In this document: positions 9,313 to 17,690 of the stretch, one piece after another | Layout of the letters: every line of letters begins with the position of its first letter | Numbering within the stretch: position 1 is the stretch's first letter | DNA from: Promethearchaeota archaeon | GTDB taxonomy: Archaea; Asgardarchaeota; Lokiarchaeia; Sigyniarchaeales; SOKP01 | NCBI GenBank assembly: GCA_004524535.1 | Contig: SDNY01000060.1 | Coordinates: forward strand, 1-21,296 | DNA length: 21,296 nucleotides | Direction: 5' to 3' | The notes under the pieces: model-generated | What the model was told of the DNA's origin: nothing | What the model saw: the letters and a program-made list of their open reading frames with translations, nothing else | Databases searched by the model: none | Made by a program: the position numbers and the translations under genes

Positions 9313-11739
9313 TCACTCCTTAATTGAGATAAATTTTGGAATATCTTCCGATATCTCTTTTAGATCAACTAATCCTCTCGCTCTCAAGGTAACGATATGA
9401 GTCAAAATCACATGTGGTTCAAGTTTAATTTTCTTTGATATTTCAGGGACAGACATCCCTTCATCTTTGATTATCTCTATAATTTTTTGACGTATAAACT
9501 CATTTTCAATTGCATCAGTTAAAATCTTCTCAAACTGATCTTCAGGAATAACTTCATTATAGACATTTCCATCTGAAATAATTAATCTCTCTCTCCCAAA
9601 TAAAGTTCTGATTCTTGAATCAGATAAAACTGATTTAATAGAATGTAAATTTTCAATAACTTCCTCTTTAATTTCTTTATTTTTAATTGGTGAAGGACCT
9701 AATTTACGAATATGATCAGTAAATTCATTTACTAATTTAGCAAACTGAACTCCTTCTGATGCAGAAATCCAATCCAAACGTAAGCGTTCTGAAAACCCAG
9801 ATAATTTCAATAATTTCTTTAAACCATTTATTTTTATTTCTGCTTCATAATTTCCGGTTATATAATGACAGTCTCCAAGATGACAGCCTAAAACAAGAAT
9901 TCCATCAAATCCATTCAAAAAAGCTTCAGCAATAAATAAAGGATCAACCCTTCCACTACACATTACTCTAATAACTCTGAGATTAGGAGGATATTGGATT
10001 CTGCTCACACCTGCTAGATCCGCACCAGAATAAGAGCACCAATTACATAAAAATCCTAATATTTTTGGTTCATATTCAGGTTCTTGACTTTCCTCCACAG
10101 GAGCAAGTTGAGATAAAATTTGATCTGAAGTGAAATGATGAATCGTAATCGCATTTTCCGGACAAGTCGCACTGCATACACCGCATCCTTTACATAAAAC
10201 CTGATTTACTACGATCTTATCCTCTTCATTTTCAGAAATTGCATTATATGGGCAGAGCTTTATACAGACATTACAGGAAATACATTTTTCTTGGTCAATC
10301 TCTGCTACGGCCCCCTCAATTTCTAAAGTATCTCTAGATAAAATCCGGCTTGCCCTGGAAGCTGCGGCATATGCTTGGGAAATGCTATCGCGAATATCAG
10401 AAGGCCAATGAGAGGAACCACAGATAAAAATTCCGTCTGTTGCGAAATCAGAGGGTCTTAATTTTACGTGTGCTTCTAAAAAGAAATTATTGTCTTGCTG
10501 GGGTATTTTTAACATTTTCGAAATCGAGGTAGAATCATCTTGGGCGATAAGTGGTGTTGATAATACAACTAGATCATAAGGGATATTAATTTCTTCATTT
10601 CTTAAAACATTATACACATTTATTTGATTGTCTTTTAAAGTTGGAGGGTTCTCCAAGGAATAATTAATAAATACAATTCCTTTTTCTCTTGCTTTTCTAT
10701 AATAATCCTCGTAGATTGTGCCATGTGTTTGTATATCTCTATACAATATTACTATATTTGAATTTGGATTAATTTCTTTAATTAACATAGAATTTTTTAA
10801 AGCAGTCATGCAACATATATTAGAACAATAGGGTCTCTCTTCATTTCGCGCTCCAACGCATTGAATCATTACAATATTTTGACCATCTACTTTATTATTT
10901 TTTAATAATTGTTCCAATTCTAATTGAGTGATAATATTTTTGCCATTATAACCGAATAATCCCTCAGGAGTAAGTACTTTTGCACCTGTTGCTACAATTA
11001 TTATTCCCGCTTTTATTTTAGATATTTGATCATCTTTTTTAACTGATATTACAAAATTTCCTATAAATCCTTCAACTTCAATTGGAATAGCTGAAGTAAA
11101 AACTTTGATGTTTGGGTGACTTTTTACTAATTGAGTAATTTCTAATAGATTTGAAGCATCCTCTTGGATGGGAAACACCTTATTTAGCGATTTTAAGTTT
11201 CCACCTAGTTCTTTTTCCTTTTCAATAAGAGTTGTTTGAAAACCTTGATTTGCTAGATTTAGAGCAGCATTCATCCCGGCAATCCCAGCTCCAATAATTA
11301 AAGCAGATGGATTTACACCTACTTTTATCTTTTCTAGAGGCTCCAATAAAATAGCCTTATTTACGCCCATTCGAATTAAATCTTTTGCTTTTTCAGTTCC
11401 TCTTTCAGGTTCTTTCATGTGAACCCAAGAATCTTGTTCACGAATATTTACCATTTCAAATAAATAGGGATTCAAACCTGCCTCCTGGCATGTTTTTCTA
11501 AATAACGGTTCATGAGTCCGAGGTGTGCAGGAAGCAATAACAACCCGATTCAAATTATGCTTTTGAATACTCTTTCTAATCTGAGATAATCCAAGTTCAG
11601 AGCATGTATAAATGTTATTGGTTGCATATACAACATTGGGTATTGTTTTAGCATATTCTGTTATACTTTCAATATCTAAAACTCCTCCAATATTTGTACC
11701 GCAATGACAAATGAATACTCCAACTCTTATATCTTCCAT
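9313..11739 (-). CDS. hdrA: HdrA-like second module + ferredoxin + MvhD + winged-helix-like extension (copy 1, part B; QmoB-like architecture)
   Basis: Begins RVGVFICHCG; SCTPRTHE, IIGAGIAG, QCVGAR..CC; 2x[4Fe-4S]; GFLCNWCSYSGAD; C-terminus homologous to that of 553..1317. Confidence 0.9.
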   Translation of the reverse strand: MEDIRVGVFICHCGTNIGGVLDIESITEYAKTIPNVVYATNNIYTCSELGLSQIRKSIQKHNLNRVVIASCTPRTHEPLFRKTCQEAGLNPYLFEMVNIREQDSWVHMKEPERGTEKAKDLIRMGVNKAILLEPLEKIKVGVNPSALIIGAGIAGMNAALNLANQGFQTTLIEKEKELGGNLKSLNKVFPIQEDASNLLEITQLVKSHPNIKVFTSAIPIEVEGFIGNFVISVKKDDQISKIKAGIIIVATGAKVLTPEGLFGYNGKNIITQLELEQLLKNNKVDGQNIVMIQCVGARNEERPYCSNICCMTALKNSMLIKEINPNSNIVILYRDIQTHGTIYEDYYRKAREKGIVFINYSLENPPTLKDNQINVYNVLRNEEINIPYDLVVLSTPLIAQDDSTSISKMLKIPQQDNNFFLEAHVKLRPSDFATDGIFICGSSHWPSDIRDSISQAYAAASRASRILSRDTLEIEGAVAEIDQEKCISCNVCIKLCPYNAISENEEDKIVVNQVLCKGCGVCSATCPENAITIHHFTSDQILSQLAPVEESQEPEYEPKILGFLCNWCSYSGADLAGVSRIQYPPNLRVIRVMCSGRVDPLFIAEAFLNGFDGILVLGCHLGDCHYITGNYEAEIKINGLKKLLKLSGFSERLRLDWISASEGVQFAKLVNEFTDHIRKLGPSPIKNKEIKEEVIENLHSIKSVLSDSRIRTLFGRERLIISDGNVYNEVIPEDQFEKILTDAIENEFIRQKIIEIIKDEGMSVPEISKKIKLEPHVILTHIVTLRARGLVDLKEISEDIPKFISIKE

Positions 11740-11743
11740 TTTA

Positions 11744-13042
11744 TCACCGCCTCATAATAGTTTCAGCTGCTCTTGCAGCAGCACCACTAGCATCTACAAC
11801 AGAGGTTGGGATATCCATAGGTTCCCTGCAAGCTCCACATAGAAAAATGCCTTTCTTTGAAGATAATTGAGGATGATAAGTATCACCTTTAAAAAAATTA
11901 TATTTATCAAGCTCTACTCCTATCGTTTCTGCTAATTTCCCAGTATCTTTCTTTGGAACCATGCTTGCTGCTAATATTACCATATCAAAAGTGTCTTGTT
12001 TGATTTTGAAACTATTAATATCTTCATAAATGACAATTGGATTTTTCTCTTTGTCTTCTATAATTTTAGTGACTTTTCCTTTAATATATGTTATATTATA
12101 ATCTTCTTTTCCTCTTTTAAGGTATTTTTGAAAATCTTTTCCTGAAGCTCGAAGATCTATATAAAAAATAGTTGATTCAATTTCATTATCATGTTCATGA
12201 GCAATCATGGCTCCTTTTGTTGTATACATACAACAGCAAGTGGAACAGTAAGGATTATTTCTAATATCTCTTGATCCTACACAATTAATAAAGGCTAATT
12301 TCTTAGGGTCTTTTTTATCCGAAGGTCTAACTAAATGCCCATTTAAAGGGCCTGAAGCGCAAATTAATCTTTCAAATTCTAAACCTGACACAACATTTTG
12401 TATTCTACCATAACCTAAGCGAGGTAATAATGAAGCATCGAACACATCGTAACCAGTCGCAATTATTATTGATCCCACATTAAACTCGAGTTCTTCATCC
12501 TTTTCTGAGAAGTCTATCGCACCTAAACCACATGCAGCAGCACATAAGCCACAAATTCCATATTCAAAATAGAGACATTTTGTATCATCAATTAAATATA
12601 CTAATGGTACAGATGATGGAAAAGCAATGTAGATTGCGCCATGACTCCTTAAATCTACATCAAAATTGCTGGGAATTCCTCTAACAGGACAAATTTCAGC
12701 ACAATCTCCGCATCCGTTACATATATCTTCTTTAACATATCGAGCTTTCTTAAGCACCTTAACCTTAAAATTGCCTGCTTCCCCTGAAATCTCTTCTACT
12801 TCTGATAAAGTGTGTAGGGTTATGTTAGGGTGACGAAAACATTCTGCTAGTTTTGGAGCTAAAATGCATATTGAACAGTCATTTGTAGGGAATGTTTTAT
12901 CTAATTGTGCCATTCGTCCTCCAATACATGAATCTTTCTCCACCAACTCAACTTTAATTCCTCTTTCAGCTAAGTCTAAAGAAGCTTGAATCCCCGCAAT
13001 GCCACCACCAATGACTAAAACACTTTTAGATTCATCATCCAT
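11744..13042 (-). CDS. hdrA: HdrA-like first module with inserted ferredoxin (copy 1, part A)
   Basis: VLVIGGGIAG, DKTFPTNDCSICIL, CNGCGDC..CP, LEFERL, NCVGSRD..YCSTCCCMY, GIFLCGAC; ends TGA TAA with GGCGGTGA ahead of the next ATG. Confidence 0.9.
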   Translation of the reverse strand: MDDESKSVLVIGGGIAGIQASLDLAERGIKVELVEKDSCIGGRMAQLDKTFPTNDCSICILAPKLAECFRHPNITLHTLSEVEEISGEAGNFKVKVLKKARYVKEDICNGCGDCAEICPVRGIPSNFDVDLRSHGAIYIAFPSSVPLVYLIDDTKCLYFEYGICGLCAAACGLGAIDFSEKDEELEFNVGSIIIATGYDVFDASLLPRLGYGRIQNVVSGLEFERLICASGPLNGHLVRPSDKKDPKKLAFINCVGSRDIRNNPYCSTCCCMYTTKGAMIAHEHDNEIESTIFYIDLRASGKDFQKYLKRGKEDYNITYIKGKVTKIIEDKEKNPIVIYEDINSFKIKQDTFDMVILAASMVPKKDTGKLAETIGVELDKYNFFKGDTYHPQLSSKKGIFLCGACREPMDIPTSVVDASGAAARAAETIMRR

Positions 13043-13231
13043 GAAGATTCCCAGAATAATTTAATTTTAATCAAGGATATTTCATTTTTTATTCAATTAT
13101 TTTTTCCTATTTGAACATCTTTCTTCTACTAAGTCGAAAATAATTCATAAATTAAAATTTTTTTTATTATAATTGAAAAGCTTAATCATTTGATAGGATT
13201 TAATAGAAATATCACTCTAAATACTTCATGC

Positions 13232-14479
13232 TTATACGAAAAAGAGTAATTTTCCAAGAAAGCTCGCCAAATCAATAACTTTTATCCTATCATTTAATTT
13301 TTCAGAGTCCTCATCTAAAGAGGGTTCAGTCAAGTAACAATTGAAGTGTGTTAAACATTTTGGGCAAGGAACGATTAAATATTCGGCTCCTGTATCAATA
13401 GCCTCTTTGATACGATTTTTCCTTAATATACGAGTAGATTCATTACAATTCATAAATGCTGAAACCCCACAGCAATTTGCATCGTCTTTGATATTTTCCA
13501 TCTCAATTAATTCAACACCAGGTATTTTTTTCAATAATTCTCTTGGAGCATCATAGAGTTTTCCACCTAAACGCCCTAATCTGCATGAATCGTGATATGT
13601 CACTTTAACTTTTAATTCTTGGGACAATCTAATATTTTCAAGAATTTTTTCTTTTAAAAAGAATTCTGAGAAATGGAATACTTCAAAATCAAAATCATCT
13701 ATAACTTTTGGATAATCAAATTTCCAAGTTCTATATCCTTCCGCACATCCTAAGATGATTGTTTTAACCCCGGCATCTTTATATAGTTTGACATTAAATT
13801 CAGCAAGCTTTTTAAAGGTTTTAATATCTCCCTTACCCCACAGAATGTCATGACCACAACATTTTTCATTTAAAACAACAGGAGCAATCCCAGCCTCATT
13901 AAGTAGACTAATTATCGTTTTGGGTATGCTTATGTAATCTATATCCAATTTATAAAAAATATCCCCCATTAGAGGGATACAACCAATAAAATAAGCAATT
14001 TTACCCGAATCTGTTATTTTTAATGAAGTCCCTTCCAAAAATTCCAATTTATTTGGTTGTAATTGATCATCAGCCATAATTCTTGAAATTAATGGAAAAA
14101 CCTCGTCATGAGTTTCACATTGAGCAATCTTTTCTAATTCAGATTCGTCTTTCTTTATTGATTTTCGTAGTTCTAATACTAATTCAGGAATTCTTACACC
14201 AACATCATCATGAGTCATTGGACAGTAAATAGTGCATTGACCACATGTAAGGCAATTCCAAATATTATTATTTTGTAAAGTCTCTTCTAATGGCAAATAG
14301 CTTAAATCCATTACCAAATCTCTTGGATAAAATAAATCAACAAGAGATAATGGACAAACATTTACACAACGATTACAATTATAACAATAATTCGCACTAG
14401 CAACTATTTTTTTAATTGCTTCACTCGAAATGATATTATTCCCTTCTTTTTTTTTCGATTTCTCTTTAGATTCGGTCAT
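13232..14479 (-). CDS. HdrD/GlpC-like Fe-S oxidoreductase (2x[4Fe-4S] plus two CCG domains)
   Basis: CYNCNRCVNVCP, CLTCGQCTIYCP; YFIGC..CCGH..GCAEG; YHDSC..CCGV..PCPKC. Confidence 0.88.
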   Translation of the reverse strand: MTESKEKSKKKEGNNIISSEAIKKIVASANYCYNCNRCVNVCPLSLVDLFYPRDLVMDLSYLPLEETLQNNNIWNCLTCGQCTIYCPMTHDDVGVRIPELVLELRKSIKKDESELEKIAQCETHDEVFPLISRIMADDQLQPNKLEFLEGTSLKITDSGKIAYFIGCIPLMGDIFYKLDIDYISIPKTIISLLNEAGIAPVVLNEKCCGHDILWGKGDIKTFKKLAEFNVKLYKDAGVKTIILGCAEGYRTWKFDYPKVIDDFDFEVFHFSEFFLKEKILENIRLSQELKVKVTYHDSCRLGRLGGKLYDAPRELLKKIPGVELIEMENIKDDANCCGVSAFMNCNESTRILRKNRIKEAIDTGAEYLIVPCPKCLTHFNCYLTEPSLDEDSEKLNDRIKVIDLASFLGKLLFFV

Positions 14480-14645
14480 TTTTTGAAGCGATAGTTATTA
14501 AACTAAATAATCTTAATTAATAACAAATTTTATATACTTTTATTTTAGAAATAAGTATTATAATATAAAAAACATAAAATTATTTATAAAAAAAATATAT
14601 TCTAATAAATTTGAACTTGGATTTAAAATTAAGGAGCTTGAGTAT
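14480..14645. promoter_or_regulatory. Divergent promoter region; TATA-like TTTATAA at 14583-14589 and AAGGAG before ATG 14646
   Basis: AT-rich gap between divergent genes; TATA-like box 63 nt upstream of the ATG, similar to the spacing at the paralog. Confidence 0.5.
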
Positions 14646-15365
14646 ATGGGACTTTATCAAATGGATCTTACGAGATTTCTTCAGGTTTATGTTGCTCAAG
14701 GATCAGTTGCTATATTTTTCTTAATTTTGGCATATTTAATTCTCAAGCGAGGTAAACAACGTTTAAATGTGATTCTCAGCGGTTCATATATAACAATTGC
14801 GGTCGGATTATTTATAAATTTTATATACGCACCTATGCAACATCCACAATTAGAATTAATTGTGCTCATATTATATTATTTGACGATTTTTTTCATATTT
14901 CTTTACACAGCGTTTCTTTTATGTTTTGTTTTAATCTTGCTAAAGTCAGAAAAAATCATTACGACATCAAAACAAATTATAATTATTCTAGTTTATGCTG
15001 TAATATTATCTTGTATGGTATTTATTCCAAAGGGAGTTGTTATTAATGCCAGTACTGAGTGGAAGCCTGTGTGGAGCTGGTTTTACTTTAGTTATGTAAT
15101 AGCGGTTGTTACTATCGGATTTCTCACCTCTTTTTATTTTGCATTTAAAATTTATAAACTATTTGAAGATGAGCTTCTTCAAAAGAAATGGAGATATTTC
15201 CTAATCGGATTAATCGGTCTTTATATCTTTGCTACCGGAACTTTACTTTCTAATACATTAAACATTCAAGCTATTAGAAACATTTGGAGTATTATCTCGT
15301 TTGCATTGGTGATTATTTCACCATACTCCATCTATAAAGGAGTAGGGAAACAGATAGGAGATTAA
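14646..15365 (+). CDS. Stand-alone 7-transmembrane protein (resembles HisKA_7TM-type sensor domains), paralog 1
   Basis: Seven hydrophobic stretches by eye; motifs ILKR..RLN, LKSEK, WKPVWS, KKW and GVGKQIG shared with 15544..16251. Confidence 0.8.
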   Translation: MGLYQMDLTRFLQVYVAQGSVAIFFLILAYLILKRGKQRLNVILSGSYITIAVGLFINFIYAPMQHPQLELIVLILYYLTIFFIFLYTAFLLCFVLILLKSEKIITTSKQIIIILVYAVILSCMVFIPKGVVINASTEWKPVWSWFYFSYVIAVVTIGFLTSFYFAFKIYKLFEDELLQKKWRYFLIGLIGLYIFATGTLLSNTLNIQAIRNIWSIISFALVIISPYSIYKGVGKQIGD

Positions 15366-15383
15366 TAATACTGATTTTTTTTT
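15339..15383 (+). repeat. 45-nt direct repeat, copy 1 (gene end, 3' UTR and T-tract)
   Basis: GGAGTAGGGAAACAGATAGGAGATTAATAATACTGATTTTTTTTT; 42/45 identical to 16225-16269. Confidence 0.85.
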
Positions 15384-15471
15384 TTAATTTTATTTAGCAA
15401 GGAAAGAAGATCAACACCAATTTTAACCTAAATTAGATTAACTTATAGTTAATTCACGTTTATTTTTTTGA

Positions 15472-15484
15472 GAAAAATTTATAA
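15472..15484 (+). promoter_or_regulatory. Candidate BRE/TATA promoter (GAAAAATTTATAA) of the second 7-TM gene
   Basis: Purine run followed by TTTATAA, 66 nt upstream of ATG 15544. Confidence 0.45.
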
Positions 15485-15543
15485 CAAGAGAGTTCTTTTT
15501 GTTTATTTAAAAAATATATGATTATTAAAAAGGGATCAAATTA

Positions 15544-16251
15544 ATGGTACTTTTTGAATTTGATATTCCTCGATTTATTCAAGTTTACATCGTTCAATTA
15601 GGCATGGGAATTTTTTATTTTTTAATTGGTTTGGTGATTCTTAAAAGAGATACCAAACGGTTAAATCAGCTCTTTGCTACATTTTACATATTAGCTGCGT
15701 CTGCATCCATAATAAATGTGATTTATGCTTCGATTTTTATTAATCTGGTGGTTAAAATATTGCATTTTTTAACCTACTTTTTGTTCTGCTTCGCTATAGT
15801 TTATTTGTTGATTTTTAATCTAATTATCTTAAAATCAGAGAAATTATTTACCATTAAAAAGCATAATATTATTGCTGGGACTTACGCTGTTTCATTACTT
15901 GTTTTAATTCTTATCCCAGGGGGAATTACAATCAATAAATCAACAGATTGGAAACCAGTTTGGTCTCTACCCTTTTTAATTTATGCACTAATAGTTATAA
16001 GTTGTGCAATTATCCCCTGTTTTTATTTTGCAGTTAAAATTTATAAAAAACTTGAGGATAAAGCTTTAAAGAAAAAATGGGCTTTTTATATCTTAGCAAC
16101 TTTAATATATTTTGCTATCCTATATGTAGCTTCCATTTCTAATTTTCTAAACGATCCAACATTTAGATTAATTACGTCAATAGCAGGGTTATCTTTATTC
16201 GCTACTGCATATTTATTGTACTATGGAGTAGGGAAACAAATAGGAGAATAA
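15544..16251 (+). CDS. Stand-alone 7-transmembrane protein, paralog 2
   Basis: Collinear with 14646..15365 (about 35-40% identity by eye); seven hydrophobic segments. Confidence 0.8.
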   Translation: MVLFEFDIPRFIQVYIVQLGMGIFYFLIGLVILKRDTKRLNQLFATFYILAASASIINVIYASIFINLVVKILHFLTYFLFCFAIVYLLIFNLIILKSEKLFTIKKHNIIAGTYAVSLLVLILIPGGITINKSTDWKPVWSLPFLIYALIVISCAIIPCFYFAVKIYKKLEDKALKKKWAFYILATLIYFAILYVASISNFLNDPTFRLITSIAGLSLFATAYLLYYGVGKQIGE

Positions 16252-16269
16252 TATTACTGATTTTTTTTT
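16225..16269 (+). repeat. 45-nt direct repeat, copy 2
   Basis: GGAGTAGGGAAACAAATAGGAGAATAATATTACTGATTTTTTTTT. Confidence 0.85.
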
Positions 16270-16359
16270 ATTTTGTCTTTTATCTTAAATTTTATTTTTA
16301 AGATAAAATTACAATTACTTATTAGTTCTGTTTCTAAAAATAATAGTAGAAGAAATTCT

Positions 16360-16710
16360 ATGTCGGATGAACTCGTTCGCATTTGGGGAATAGGACCAGT
16401 GGCTGCCTCAAGATTAATTAAGGCGGGGATTACAACTATTGATCAGTTGGCTACTGCGCAACCCACGGAGTTGGCATTTGTTAAAGGAATAGGGATTCCA
16501 TCCGCAAAAAAAATTATCGCTAACGCCAAGCATTTAATGACCCTTGAGAAAGGACTCACGATTGTATTAGATCATATCAAAGCCAACTTCGTGCAAAATT
16601 GTCCGAAATGTGGTAGTCTTGAAATGCACGAAAAATACATAATATTAGGCCCTGAACGAAGAATAGCCGCATATCAATGTAAATTATGCAAATTCTACTT
16701 GCCTCGCTAA
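16360..16710 (+). CDS. Helix-hairpin-helix protein with C-terminal zinc ribbon (116 aa; start moved to ATG 16360)
   Basis: Two HhH motifs IWGIGP and VKGIGI with AGITTIDQLA between them; CPKCG...CKLC. Confidence 0.8.
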   Translation: MSDELVRIWGIGPVAASRLIKAGITTIDQLATAQPTELAFVKGIGIPSAKKIIANAKHLMTLEKGLTIVLDHIKANFVQNCPKCGSLEMHEKYIILGPERRIAAYQCKLCKFYLPR

Positions 16711-16727
16711 AAGATCACGCTTTATTT

Positions 16728-17690
16728 TCACATTGTAGTCCAAACTTGGAATAAAACTATAAATGAAATAGCATAAAGTGCCAAAAAAATCGCTCCTGCT
16801 TTTTTATCTACTTTTTGTCTCCAACAAACAAGAGTAATTACTATGAAACTAGCAAAAATTGTGTATAAGATAGCAGGCATAGCTAACTCGGCAGATACAG
16901 CTTGTGGAAAAAAGATTTGCCCTATTCCAATACTTAAAGTACTATCAACAATACAAGATCCAATTACATCTCCAATAGCCATATTATAATGCTTTCTTTT
17001 TAGAGCTGCAATATCAACTGCCAATTCAGGAAGAGATGTAGCAATGCTGAGAAAAATAAAACTAATAATAAATTCGTCAACGCCAAATTCCATAGATATT
17101 GTTATTACAGAGAGAACTATCATAAATGAACTAAGAGCGACTCCGAGAAAACCTAAAGCTGCTAATGCTGCGTGATATTTCTTACTTTTATCTGTTTTTG
17201 TTATTACTAAATCTATACGCTCAATAATACTATCTTTAGTTACGTTATATATTATAATTGAATAAAGGACTAAACTACCTACTACAAATATTGCGTCTAA
17301 TCTTGTAAAATAACCTTTAGAGATTATCGCATAGACTACAAAAAGAGCTATTATTTGGCATGCTCCAAGTACAATAAATTCTTGCCTTCTTACCTTAAAG
17401 GAACCACATACCATCGGTAAGAGCCCAAAAACTAAAGTAATTTGCGCTAAACTTGAACCAATTGAATCTCCCACATCAATATCAGCATGACCCATCGAGC
17501 TTGAAATAATTGAGTTAAATATCTCTGAGATATCAGTACCAATGGCGACAAGAGTCACTCCTATAACCAAATTAGATATTCCTAATTGAGCTGCTAAGGT
17601 AGCTGAATGTTTAACTGCGATATCACTGGAGTATACAATAATAATGACTCCTAAAATAAAAATAAATATAGAAAAGGTGATTACCAACAT
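16728..17690 (-). CDS. Ca2+/cation antiporter (CaCA family, YrbG/NCX_Mj-like)
   Basis: Two alpha repeats (AIGTDISE..GDSIGS and IATSLPE..GDVIGS); about 10 hydrophobic segments. Confidence 0.88.
   Translation of the reverse strand: MLVITFSIFIFILGVIIIVYSSDIAVKHSATLAAQLGISNLVIGVTLVAIGTDISEIFNSIISSSMGHADIDVGDSIGSSLAQITLVFGLLPMVCGSFKVRRQEFIVLGACQIIALFVVYAIISKGYFTRLDAIFVVGSLVLYSIIIYNVTKDSIIERIDLVITKTDKSKKYHAALAALGFLGVALSSFMIVLSVITISMEFGVDEFIISFIFLSIATSLPELAVDIAALKRKHYNMAIGDVIGSCIVDSTLSIGIGQIFFPQAVSAELAMPAILYTIFASFIVITLVCWRQKVDKKAGAIFLALYAISFIVLFQVWTTM

Noticed and set aside
1267-10062. Recent gene conversion among hdrA/mvhD paralogs (e.g. a 33-nt identical stretch at the FLCNWCSY motif)
   Set aside because: Identical runs coincide with invariant protein motifs, and other shared peptides show many synonymous differences.
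553-13042. Selenocysteine (UGA) recoding in HdrA/MvhD, known in some archaea
   Set aside because: All Cys motifs are complete in open frames. The TGA stops at 1307, 9313 and 11744 fall at domain ends with the next gene in a different frame. The 505-559 hairpin lacks a 3' GA partner for a SECIS core.
9313-13042. Calling the split pair qmoA/qmoB
   Set aside because: The architecture is similar, but there is no aprAB, sat or qmoC in the window and both halves are closely paralogous to the neighbouring fused HdrA proteins.
14646-16251. Microbial rhodopsins or true GPCRs
   Set aside because: No lysine in the middle of helix 7 and no recognisable rhodopsin or GPCR signature motifs; the helix count alone is insufficient.
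16273-16359. N-terminal 29-codon extension of the HhH protein given in the ORF track
   Set aside because: It starts at a TTG next to the upstream T-tract and looks like intergenic sequence; ATG 16360 directly precedes the domain.
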